The position numbers and the translations under genes were made by a program. A stretch of DNA of 64,000 nt from Pecten maximus (taxonomy: Eukaryota): positions 20,522,001 through 20,586,000 of the forward strand of contig NC_047028.1 in assembly GCF_902652985.1 (NCBI RefSeq). The letters are read 5' to 3'. Positions 25,421 to 37,855 of this stretch are shown here, in pieces (the stretch's first letter is position 1; each line of letters opens with the position of its first letter). The notes beneath the pieces were generated by a model. The model saw only the letters and a program-made list of their open reading frames with translations, was not told where the DNA came from and searched no databases.

Positions 25421-26349
25421 CCATACTCACAAAGTTGAGCGTGATCTATATAGAGGGAGATATTCTATTTAGACAATGGCATATCTCTATACTTCTAAGA
25501 ATTATGTTATAAATATAATAGTTTAATTATTTTAACCATGCTTTCGCCTTTATCGACCTCATGTTTCAGGCCTTAATCTACAACCCCCCCCCCCCAACCC
25601 AAAAAAAAGTACAAACATAGAAATATTCAGTGAAGACATTTTGTGACTTATCGTACTAATACCAAGTAGCAATTTTCTTTTTTCTTTTTCGTTTTGTAAC
25701 ACAGTTATGAACTATCTCAAATGACTGTATGGATATTTTTCACGACAATGTATTACTCATATCTGTAACTATTTCTTACTAATTCATGAAGGGAAATGAT
25801 ATAAATTGATATGGTGATATGTCACACAAATCTCCAACTCAAAGAAATAGATGTATTTATAAGACCTCTTATCCAGACATGACACATTGTTTGATCACCC
25901 TTGTGGTATTTTTTCTATTATTAGATCAAACCTCATGGCGTCTGTTGCACTTTCAATAGATCTATGTATAGATGATAATAAATAATAGACCAGGAAGTTA
26001 AGCCATTATTCACTTTCTCAGAATTGCATTACAAAAATAAAAATAAAAAATAAAAACTAAACAAAAAAACTAGGAGATATTGATTTTAGGTGATAAGATT
26101 GGTGTCTCTTAAAGTACTGTTTATCTATTCAAACCGACATCCTGCTTGAGATCACGTACTACTTCACTAATTCATACAACACCTGAGTTTTCCTTTTTAT
26201 ATCTATGCCGTTTTACTTTTTACGTTTATTGATGTAAGGTACAAAAATATAACTAAAAAATTAAGATAACGACTTCCATGAGGATCATCTTGGATAATTC
26301 ATTATGTACACAGATGTTCAACGCACGCACGCACGCACGCACTGCGTGT

Positions 26350-26520
26350 AAACGTTGTGTTATTTGTTTTTTTCTGCGTGTTGACGTTGTGTTGTATGTT
26401 TTTTTCTGGGTGTTGACATTGTATCATATGTTTTTTTTCTGGGTGTTGACGTTGTGTTGTGTGTTTTTTTCTGCGTGTTGACGTTGTGTTGTATGTTTTT
26501 TCTGGGTGTTGACGTTGTTG
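26350..26520. repeat. ~30-bp T/G-rich minisatellite
   Basis: TTTTCTG[CG]GTGTTGACGTTGTGTTGTATG repeated about 5 times. Confidence 0.8.
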
Positions 26521-26767
26521 AGTACTGTGTCGTTGTATTTCATTTTGTTGATGCCGATTGAAGTTATTAAGTGTATGTTATTTGTCGCTATGAATTTTGT
26601 ATTGACGTTACCTTGTATTTTGTTGTTTGTGTTGTATTGTCCTAATTATATTTGGTCCGCACTTTGTATTATCTATAGCACTCGAATTTTGAAAATGGTA
26701 TTACAACATTGTATTATTCGCATAACATATCAAAATTGTTTTGAAAATATTTTCATATCAAATAATT

Positions 26768-27012
26768 AGGGTGGTCGGGTGGCACAGTGGTAACACACTT
26801 GTCTTTCACCTAGGCAGCCAGGGTTTTATTCCACGATCGGATGTGAAAAGGTTCTGGGTCCTGCCCGACCGCGTGGGTTTCCCCGGGAACTCCGGTTTCC
26901 TCCCACAGTAAGACCCCACGCCCACTTTCATCCAAGCCAACAAATGTGATTAATTTGTGCTGATGCAACTTATTTTGCAATTGTTGTAACATAAAGAAAG
27001 TTTGCATTTACC
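26768..27012 (+). mobile_element. tRNA-derived SINE with V-domain-like core
   Basis: A-box TGGCACAGTGG, degenerate B-box GGTTTTATTCC, core GTGGGTTTCCCCGGGAACTCCGGTTTCCTCCCACA. Confidence 0.8.
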
Positions 27013-29989
27013 AAATAATCGCGGAATTTCGTCAGCTATAGGACCTACTCAGCGTTCGTCAGACAACAATATGGGCCTTGGCTACTATTCGTTTATATAT
27101 ATAAACATTCCTTTAAAGCTAAACTGAATCTTCCTTGTTCGTAGCAATTGGCCACCTGTGAATCCAATATAATATATGGGGGTGCCAATGTGTTTTCCAA
27201 AATATATATTTATATCTTACGGCGACATGATATATAATTGCATTATCTAAGCTCTATTTTGGAGTATCCGTTATTTGTCCACTGGTTATAAAATGGGCGT
27301 GGGCCATATTGCTTGCACAGTGTTTTGTTCTGCGATTTGAAAAAGGGACACTTGGAGGCGACAAGTTGGTGAGGTTTGAAGTGACCGTTAGGGGTGTCGT
27401 CCTCGTTGTTTGGAGGACAATCCATCTAAGGTGATACTGTGTAAGTATAAACTTCATGATTCATAAAATGAAATCGTACAAAATACCTGTTAGGTAAATC
27501 TGACGTTTTAACTCCAAATGACTTGAATGCAAATTAAGAAAATAATTCTATAATCATAATTCAGTTTTAATATGACTCATTATGTAAAAAGAACAATCCT
27601 CCCCCCAAAAAAAAACAACAAAAAAAAAAAAAAAAAAAAAGTTAGCGTCATTCGAGTGATGCATGTAACAATGTTTCACTATAAGATGTATTGATAAGAA
27701 AATACGCACTTACATGAAAATATTTTCTTTTGATTTCAATAATTTAATTCTTTTATTGAAATAATATACATGTAATTCTGATATATATCATAAATCACCA
27801 TTTTAGGATTTTGCATGAATCTTAGGCAGAGTAATACTTAAGATACAATTAGGGTTGTACCGGTTAAGCGTTTATGATATCAATAACATAATATGATTGT
27901 TATAGAGATCAATAAACGGTTACTCCATGTAAATGTATGCATATTGGTTTATTAAAGTCACTAACGGATGTGGACGTTTAGCTGGACTTTTAATTTATAA
28001 CATATTATCAATAGTTGAATCTGTTAATGGTAGTGGTCAGTCTCGGTTTTATGTGTCACAATCTCAGACACCTGTGAGACAAAATAAACATGCATGTTTT
28101 ATGTTTTGAATTGGTCATTGACAATCCCTGATTAATCATTTATAGTTAATTACCAATTAGTTACCAATTAACAGTAAATCTTCGAACAAAGAGATCAAAC
28201 TTTTAAATGTATAACGTGCATATCTTATCTAAAAATAAAACAGGAATTATTTGCAATAGGTTATCACCTTTATAACAGGTAACAGTCCACAGGGCGGAAT
28301 ATTGAGACAGTCTCTATCTAATAAGGTTATAAGTCGGCGAGGTTTGTTGTAATCTACATGAAACGTTTTTAGTCATATTACGCAGTTCGGAAATAACTCA
28401 TGTGCATATAATCAAATCTCAAATATAAAGGAATAATGATATATACCCCCCCCCTTTCTTTAATTTCCGGACTGTTGCATCTCTCCCTCCCAATTTCTTT
28501 CCACCAATTTTGAGTTTTCTAAATCTTCCTTAAGGTATCAATACTTTAGGTCCTTAGCATCTCTAACGAGTCTTAAAAGAAGGAAACAACTGTATGATGC
28601 AGAGTTTAATTAATGTGTGGATCTACTGTACTTAACTCCCAGTTAGTATTTTTGTACTGTGTATTTGGTTATATTCGCGGCGGGTTTAATATCGCTATCG
28701 TCAGTAAATATAACGAGAAAATATATATCAATATACCTACACACAGATATATGGAAGTTTTTATCACAGTATTTAGTAGAATGTTGGCATAGCGTGATTG
28801 CGCGAAATTTCATACCGGAGAACAAGGGACAAACGCGACATATAATCCCAATGGAATTTAACGACTATACAGTAACTTGTTTGTATGAAGAAAGGATATA
28901 AAAAACGTCTATGAAATAATCAATAATAATAGTGTCATGGTATTATTACGCAATCGCAATCTAGGTTTCCAAGAATGGAGCGGTCCCTATCAGCGATGTC
29001 TGCTCGGTGTTGCCGTCATGGACGGACACAAATTACCTAATACACGATACAGTAAACATTTATACATACACAATTGAAATATTCGGATACTCACTTGATC
29101 TTCTTTACAAGATTCACAAACATTAAAACAGTAACTATATATATGAGACTATACTAAGCAATTCTTGGAACTGCCAAGGGAGATAAATGCTAGAACAATA
29201 TTCTCTATGTATATAATGATATACATTACATTTATATAAATGTAATTATAGTAAGATGTCAAAACCACACAGACCCGATGTGTTGGGAAACTTGTCATAT
29301 GACATGATTATAAAAAAAAACTGGATGTTATCAGATCCCTTTGCTTTTAGTTAAAAACTGTCAAAGTAAATGTCATTGCCTTTATACTTTCACACTCACA
29401 TTCGCACAGACAACGTAAATATGAACAACCAAAATATTTCATACACATGAAAATACAGCAGTACACTTTCCGATAGGATGTTTCTGATACACAACACCTT
29501 ATAATGACATGCAAACGGAGGACATCTACTCAGACAAATAACAGTTATATCAAACCAGTACAGTAATATGTCATGTACTCAGACCAATAAGTGTAGGATT
29601 TAACCTTCATAGTACATAAATGTGACATCTACTTAGACAATAAGTGGAGTATTTTACCATCATATCACATGTACAAAGTAGTCAGCTATTGCTGGTAGCT
29701 TTAAACGTCACTCACATAGTTATAAGTTTGATTCTCCGCCAAGGTGTGTTGTAATGCATGTATTGGAATCGCTTGGCAAAGCATCGAACACACGTTGTAA
29801 CTTCTTTTCATTTTTATTCTCCAAACTAAACATAAAAACAACTTCCGGTGATGGACGGTTACTATAACGTAATGCAATACACTTACATACAAAACTACAC
29901 ACATTCCGATTCCTTAACTTTGTTAACTTCACCTTAAACATTTTGCCTTTTCCCAATTCTGTACTTCATCAAGGATTCCATAATGTTAA

Positions 29990-30900
29990 GTTGTTGCCTT
30001 GCCCTGTTCTCAAAGATACAAACGATTGATGAACATCCGATACCTAGCTTGCTTCCCCTTTTCATTCCTTCCTTCTACAATGTGTCATTAATATCCCGCA
30101 GGACTGTGTCGTGTTTCCAACTGTATACTTCAATAGTGACAGCAATGTTGCAAAAGGACAATATAGAGATGAGGGTGCCTGGTTTCACACATAATGTTCT
30201 CCCTCAAGGATCATCTGTATGTTTGTTGAAGATGGCAGCATGTCGCATACTGACCCTAGCAGAAACTGTATCCGGCAAGGTTCAAAGTGTCAGATGTCAG
30301 TCCACATTAGCCGCCTTTCTGTTGTTTGCCGCCCGGTCGATGTTACATGTGCCTCCATCTCTACCACTCTTGCTTTCACAATCTCTTCTTCCATTTTCCT
30401 GATATCATATTGGGCCATCTTCCCCTTTCCAACACTTTTGCCATCCCGATTCCTTTCCATCCTACACAACTTATCCCTACAATGTCCCTTTGGGTCAGTC
30501 AGCATTCTGTGTGGTCGACTGCATTGCTTTCCTTCCCGGTCTGGTTTTCATTCCAGCATTTCGGATCTTGTCATCCCCTGGGGACTCTCACAGTCCTCAC
30601 ATGTCTTACCTTCGCTACCTTGAACTCTTCTACCAATAATGAAATTGGGAGCTGTGAGTTTGCTAATGTGCTAAAAGGACGACACTTGTGAAATGTGAGG
30701 TACTCCAAACGCTCAACTTTTGCTGACTGTTCTCTCCAAAGTTTCCAATATTGGTAACCTCACACAAAAGAGGTAGAAAACCATGTTGGCAGAGACACGC
30801 CTTGAACTTCCCTGTTAGTCTTGTCTTGTCAATCTTCTTCAGTTCTTCCTGCACTTGTGTTTTCTATATCTTTGTGATGTTGCATCAAACCATCAAGTGA
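29990..30900 (-). mobile_element. Decayed non-LTR retrotransposon fragment (RLE clade, HERO/NeSL-like C-terminal zinc-knuckle region)
   Basis: Minus-strand translation across stops and frameshifts: KARVVEM...RRLMWTDI*HFEPCRIQFLLGSVCDMLPSSTN...LCVKPGTLISILSFCNIA...YSWKHDTVLRDI, a degenerate match to the CxxC..GTLxHILSxC..GRYxWRHDxVL motif of these elements. Confidence 0.75.
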
Positions 30901-31198
30901 TTTTTGTCTTTTGTCAAATGTTAGTATAGCTCGCTATATCCGAGGAGAAAGTACGGTTTTGCTCATCGAACAAGATTTGAACATGCTTATACCGCAGCAT
31001 GTATGTACGAGGTGTAACGTCGACTACGATACTATATGTGGGCGTGTCGGGACGAGACGACCTGTAAGGAGGTCATTATGTATGCATGACATTGCTCTCC
31101 ACATATGTTTAGGCATTCAGAACACATCTACTATTGAGTTCAATACGTTTTTAAATGATGAAAACGAACACAAAATGTATTCATAGTTAAATACCTAA

Positions 31199-32020
31199 TT
31201 ATACCCCCGCAACGAAGTTAAGGGGGTATACTGGAATCAGGTCGTCCGTCCGTCCGTCCGTCCGTCCGTAGACGCATTTTGTCCGGACAATTCTCCTAAA
31301 CCGATGGGCCAATTCCGATGAAACTTCACACAAATATTTATGATCATGTGTAGATGTGCATGCCACTTTATTTTTCTCAAAATTATGGTTGCTATGGCAA
31401 CTGGTCACAATAAACAGTTTTTCCGATAAGAACCATAACTTTAAGTTTGTCCGGACAACTCCTCCTAAACTAAAAGGCCAATTTCAATGAAGCTTCACAC
31501 AAATATAGAGAACCATGTGTAGATGTGCATGCCACTTTTTTTTCAAAATTATGGTTGCTATGGCAACTGGTCCCTATAAACAGGTTTTCTGATAAGAACC
31601 ATAACTTTAAGTTTGTCCGGACAACTCCTCCTAAACCGAAGGGCCGATTTCAATGAAACTTCACACAAATATAGAGGACCATGTGTAGATGTGCATGCCA
31701 CTTTAATTTTCTCAAAATTATCGTTGCTATGGCAATTGGTCACTATAAACAGGTTTTCCGATAAGAACCATAACTTTAAGTTTGTCCGGATAACTCCTCC
31801 TCAACTAAATGGCCAATTTCAATGAAACTTCACACAAATATAGAGGACCATGTGTAGATGTGAATGCCACTTTTTTTTTTTTTAAATTATGGTTGCTATG
31901 GCAACTGGTCACTATTTTACTGGGTTATCTTAGTTAGCCTCTAATTAATAGTTCCAATTCACAATTGACTCGTGCAGATTGCGGGGGTATTAGTCAGCCA
32001 TCCTGGTGACAGTTCTAGTT
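31199..32020 (+). mobile_element. Non-autonomous Helentron/HINE (DINE-1/pearl-like) carrying a ~168-bp tandem array
   Basis: 5' subTIR hairpin TATACCCCCGC...GGGGGTATA, (GTCC)n microsatellite, ~3.7 copies of a 166-169-bp unit, 3' GCGGGGGTAT plus a stem-loop, ending TTCTAGTT. Confidence 0.85.
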
Positions 32021-32899
32021 TAAATAGCAATAGAAATGTAATCTGTATATGCTGTAAAAACACAACCTGTGAATATTGTGAACACAGTGTTAACACTTAA
32101 ATGTCTTCCGAAGTTAATTTGGATAACAATGGGAGCGGCATTGGAAGAATTATAATATACCCTTGGAATGAGTATGTGTATATTTACGAAGTTAAAAAAC
32201 TTTAATTTTAATTTACGCGGTAATAATGAAGCATGTCAAATCACCCTATATCACGTAAGCGATCCGGTGTGTCTAAAATAAGGAAACAAGTAGAACTAGA
32301 AACGAGTTTTGCCTCTAATTTTCATAAGGCCCCACACGGGTAATTTTTGCAGCGATACGGTTGGGAAGCAAATAGTAATTCAGGTTTTATTTTGAAATAT
32401 AACGTCTTCGTTCTGAATGAGGCCGATAGCACCAGGTTAATATTCAAACAGTTTTATTTTACTTGTAAAACAATTATATTATATAATGAAATAAAAAGAA
32501 ATATATCTCCTATCTTGCCCTATATGCACGAAGGTGCAGCGACAATTAACAGTCACAATGGTAGCACTGTGAACAAATGACCTAGTGAGGTGGTATGAAC
32601 ACAGTTTATGTATCTCCCTGAAGTAAGATCTCGCTTGAGTATGGGAGTTAAGTGTTTTCTTGTCCCAGGTAAGGTAGAAATTTGTTTATGGCTGTATATC
32701 TCATAAAGTCGAAATAACCGCCATTAACACATCTAAAACATAATGAAAAGTACATCTCACTCTACTGAATGTTCTGTGATAAATTAATACAAGCGTACAA
32801 TGCCATATTTAAACATGATTGTAAAATACATTATATGACATTTAACAATTAGGGATTATACACCACTACTTTTAGTCATTCTGGCGGTTTTACATGATA

Positions 32900-33260
32900 T
32901 TACTCACATATCATATTTAACACACGAAATAAATGTATTACTAAGATATAGTATTCAATACACTGAATAGCGGTATTAATCACATATCATATTAAATACA
33001 CTAAATAGATGTATCATTCACCTCACATATTTAATACACTAAATAGTTGTATTACTCGCATATAATATTTAATACACTAAATAGATGTATTACTCACATG
33101 TCATATTAAATACACTAAATAGATGTATCATTCACCTCACATATTTAATACACTGAATAGACGTCTTACTCATATATCATATTTAATACACTAAATAAAT
33201 GTATTACATATGATGTTTAATACACTAAATAGATATATCACTCAGATATCATATTCAAAT
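32900..33260. repeat. ~35-bp AT-rich minisatellite
   Basis: ATTTAATACACTAAATAGATGTATTACTC... repeated about 9 times. Confidence 0.8.
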
Positions 33261-33964
33261 TCAACTTTACGGTTTCCGGAAGTTGCGATTATCCGACCGA
33301 TGTAAGCAACAGACGTCAATAGTTCAGGTTAGATTAAAGAGAAATCATTAGAGATCTATTCTAATATCACGCATTTTCTATGTTCAGTAATACGCTGAGA
33401 TGTTGATCTTTAATTCAAAGCATTCCTTTAATTACGTTTTGATAACGGAAATGGGTAATGCTACTGTCTTTAACACGATAGATTTATTCTTTGTTTACGC
33501 GGAAATAACTTTTATTCTTCATTGAAATTAATTTCATATTGAATATCTCTAATTATTGTCATACTTTCATAAAATAAAAGTCGGTACAGCGAGATAGTAA
33601 ATTATATGTAATATATCGTTTATGTGCAAGTGGGGGTATAACTGTTAGCAGCGATTCACAAGAGTAATAGTGTATGTACATCACATTATGTTAAGACTCA
33701 TTCTTATTGCTATCAAACTATAAACTCTCCACTGACACATATTTTAAGGACTTTTTTTGTGTTTGCTTTTTTTTTTTTTTTATTTTTTTTTTGTAAGATT
33801 TATTTCTATTTCATGGTAGCCATTTTGTGCATTTCGGTAAAAAGAAGCGTATACAGTTTCGACGCTGTATCATCTTTGATAGGTTTGTCAGAGTTGATAG
33901 AATATATCTCACATCAGAGTTTGAACTGGATAAGGTAATAATAGGTTATATAAATGATTTGGAA

Positions 33965-34870
33965 TTTTTATCCTGCTTGGTCCAAAGGACCAATATGAGC
34001 TTATCGCTTACCTTGACATATGTCGTCCGTCCGTCGTCCGTACGGCAACAGCATTTATAAATGACTTCTTCTTAAACACTTATTGTATTTTTACTTAATA
34101 TTACTAAGTATCATGATATGGCGGAGACTTAAATCCTATTAGCCCCCAAGGGTTCAGGGGATGTGCCAAAAGGGGCAATTTAGCTGTATTGATTTAAATG
34201 ACTTTTTTTCCAGAACTTTGCACTTGCCATCACTCATATATGGCATATATCCATAAATAAGCTTTCAGGGAAGTTGGAGGACTGATACCCAAAGAGGTGA
34301 AAAAAGTTATTTGTTGATTATACGGTTCTTCCTTGGGTGAAAGGTAGCCATTTCGTATTAACGACGGGTCTGGCCCCCAGGTTCCTGCGGATGGGGCCCA
34401 AAGGAGAAAATATAGCAAAAGCTTTGAAATCCTTCTTTTACCGTAGGAATGACATGATTTTAACCTTGTCTGGTTGAATCAACATTGTTCTAAGTGGAAA
34501 TTGTATAAATGCTAAGTCTTGGACCCATACCAACTGAGGGACAGGGCCAAATAGGATAAATTCAGCAAATGTATGGGAATGACAGTATTCTGTATTAAAA
34601 ATCGTTGGGTAAAACTCTTCAAAACCTCTTTTCTTTAGATATAATAGGATTTTGTCTAAATTTGTTTAAATTATCCGTTGGCGAGAGGATAAATGTATAT
34701 AAGGTGGTTTTGGCCTCAAGGGACCTTACTGGGCCCAATTGGAGAAATATACATCCATCAACCTTTTTAGTTTTGTAAGAATGATGGAATTCAGCCAGAA
34801 GCATCCTTTGATGAAAGAGGCTCCCTATGGGTTTGAGGGGCAGGGTCAAGCGAGGTAAATAATTTTAATA
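33965..34870 (+). mobile_element. Degenerate Helentron/HINE-like element
   Basis: 5' TTTTATCCTGCTTGGTCCAAAGGACCAATATGAGC hairpin followed by GTCCGTC repeats and degenerate GGGCCC-containing units; right boundary approximate. Confidence 0.55.
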
Positions 34871-35278
34871 CTGAGCGAACTAATGGGTGTTTATCATCAT
34901 ATCTGATTTAGTTTTGAGATAATTGGAGGAAGAAGATCCGATGTTAAATAAAAGACGGAACATTCTAATGCTGTATCTCGATACTCTACGTCCGCCTTTG
35001 TTATGCCATATTCCCGGTGTGCGAAGAGTGGAAAGTGAACGTGAATCCTTAAGTAATCCCTGCTGCTGATGATCATTGTTTATCTTTAAAATATTCATAT
35101 CTTGATTTTTGTATTTTTACAGACTCCAGTGGCAAGAGAGAGAAAACAGAAACCAACTTGATGATTTTCAACATATTACTGTAAAACATCGCTAACCTAT
35201 TTAAAAACTGTTTCCATACATGGTACAGATTAGTCCATCATTTAGTTTAGAGCAGAATAACATCTTAACACCAGTGAC

Positions 35279-36228
35279 TACAACATGGGAATTCCTGTAC
35301 AGTCAGTGTAGGGACCGGAAGTAGAATCCACGGATCCCAATATCCCATAAAATTTCCAATTCGCAAAGGAGCAAAGACTGACAAACAACTGGCAATAAAA
35401 CATTCCTTCAAACACTCAGAATCGCATGGCGTCCATGAAATCCGAAATCAAAGTACCAATCGTTGTTGGATGAGATGTTTCGATGAGAACGTGGTAAAAC
35501 TCACAGACAATACCGGCCAGGTGATTCAGCAGTTTGAAATTGACCAAGCTATTGACGGATTTTCCTTGTACGACGATTACATTTTGGTTTGCTACCTCGA
35601 CAGCTCTGTTCGAAAGATGCATATTCCAAGTGGAAAGGAAACTTATCTATTCAGTACTGGGCCGTTATGCCCTTTACACATATCCAACATGCCTAATGGT
35701 AACATCCTTCTGACCTTGTGCGATGAGGAAACGATGAATGTAGGTTCACACAGTCAACGAGTGGTGGTGCAGTATGACCTGAAAGGAAACGAGTTGAACA
35801 GGGCTCAAAACACAAACGAGGGACGAAACATCTTTGTCGTTCCGCGAAGGCTATGTACAAACAAGTCTGGTACCAATATAGCTGTCACCAATAAAACGGC
35901 TGAATTTTCCGCGCATCTTGTGATCCTTAACGAACAGTTAAAGTTAACTCTACGCTATGTCGGACACGGCAACGTAATATACGGTGATGTAGCCTTTAAC
36001 AACCCAGAAGAGAAATTCTGCGTCAATGATGTGAAGTTTACGTCCAGTGGTGATATACTGATAGCTGAGAATTGGTCCAAATCTGTTCAGCTGCTGTCGC
36101 CGATCTGTTGTCCGCTGTGGGTTGTCCTCCAAGGCAATGTGTCTCCGACATCTGTATCTGTACAGAACAATGGCCACGTCTGGGTCGGCAACATTGATGG
36201 ATCTGTACTGGATATGTGTCCTGACTAG
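35279..36228 (+). CDS. NHL-repeat/beta-propeller domain (TRIM-NHL-like), possibly part of a pseudogene
   Basis: Frame open from ~35279; blade-like motifs PLHISNMPNGNILLT, PRRLCTNKSGTNIAVT, VNDVKFTSSGDILIAE, PTSVSVQNNGHVWVG. Sequence between the acceptor at 35123 and 35279 has stops in all frames. Confidence 0.7.
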
Positions 36229-37855
36229 GTCAAATTACCCAGAAATGACCGAAAACTAACAGCAAACGCACTATAATGCTATATCGACATATACATTGCA
36301 CTGACATGTTAAGCTACAATTCAACGGGCTAGTTCCAGTGTCCAGTGGATTAGTCTCCCAAATCGGGGATTTACTTCTGCGGTCCAGTGATTTCACCTTA
36401 CAGTCCAGGTTGGCAGCTTTCTTGCCCCAAACTAAATATTTTAGGTCTCCTGTCCAGAGAATTTCTTTTCCTGTATAATTCTCCTGTCATAACATTTACA
36501 CCAGAAAAGAATACTATTTTCACCCGAAGATTCTTTCCTCAAATGCAGTTGCTCACATAATTAATATATATATTGTTGAATTCATTGACCTATCTTATTT
36601 ATTTATATCTTGTTGTTATTGTATCTTTTTCATATCTACTAGCGTTTTAAACATGTAAATTTCCATTATAAAATTGTTGCAATATACTCAAAATATGATA
36701 GCTGACCAGGACTTTTTAGCTTTTTAGCTTTATTACTAATAATGAAGAATTATTGTAACGACCCAAAAAGCGCCGTTTTTACTTTTTTTAAATGACGAGG
36801 CGAAAAAGCACTATATGCATCACAAATTAAGCAAATCGCAAATTAGCGACAAAGCATAGCCGCAAATTGACCCCGGTCAGCCACCAAAGCAAAGTACTGA
36901 GTTGGTATACACATAACAGAACATATTGATATCTGATCGATATATTTAATAGAACAAAGTATACACAACTGACATCGATATCATCCTGATTGTAATTTCA
37001 CGTAATTACAATAATGAAGCCAGCTTATTAATGCTGCATATTTTTCATGATGATAACTTAAAAGGACAAGTAGTAATTTTATGTTCATGTTTTATAATAT
37101 TTATTACGGTAGATTTGAGTCGTCGACAATGGCAACGGGAAAGTGATATATGAAAGGTGTTGCATATGTTTTAGAAGTAATTGTGTACTTTCTCGTTTGA
37201 CTGTATCAAGTGACGTTTTGGCATTAAATTGCTGCGCTGTGTCGCCTGAATGGAATTTACAGTTGTATGTACAGGTTAAACTAATTGTGTATATTTTAGC
37301 GGAATATACCGAGAATTAGTCCAATCATGATAATGTTCTGCTGTATGATGGGGGCTGCCATTGTTGTGAGAGTTTTTTTTTTAAAGTCACATAGCTATTT
37401 ATCCTTTCATTTTGCAAAATTTTTACCGTAACCTAGAGAATATTTTGTTCTATTAAGGCTACATTTCAGCCGGTTGGCTTAGATAAGAGGTTCTGCTCAA
37501 AGTCCTCTTATGCTTTTATTAGTAATGTTTTAGCTAAACTAACTTGTGTCTATGATCTGTGATATTTATTGGATAAAATGTTGACAAATATAATAAATCA
37601 TCAATGTTGTACACAGACGCTGAGTTAGTTTTGATATCCTTAACTCAATCCGTTGGCACTACCATAAAATACTCTAGTGTTAAGCTAGATCAGCTAACAC
37701 TAATATATTGACAGTGTAGCGTTACAAGCTAACTTATTTCAGAAGTAATCTGAGAGAAACAGGGCGACTCCGTTACATTGAAAAAAAAAAAAAAAAAAAA
37801 TATAAAAGCTACCGTCGATTCTTTTACTTATGTCTATGCATGTAGTAAAACAGTT

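Noticed and set aside
26768-26850. tRNA gene
   Set aside because: Only a degenerate tRNA-like SINE head; B box mutated and no cloverleaf.
29983-30691. Plus-strand ORFs of 121-139 aa
   Set aside because: Antisense to a decayed retrotransposon ORF.
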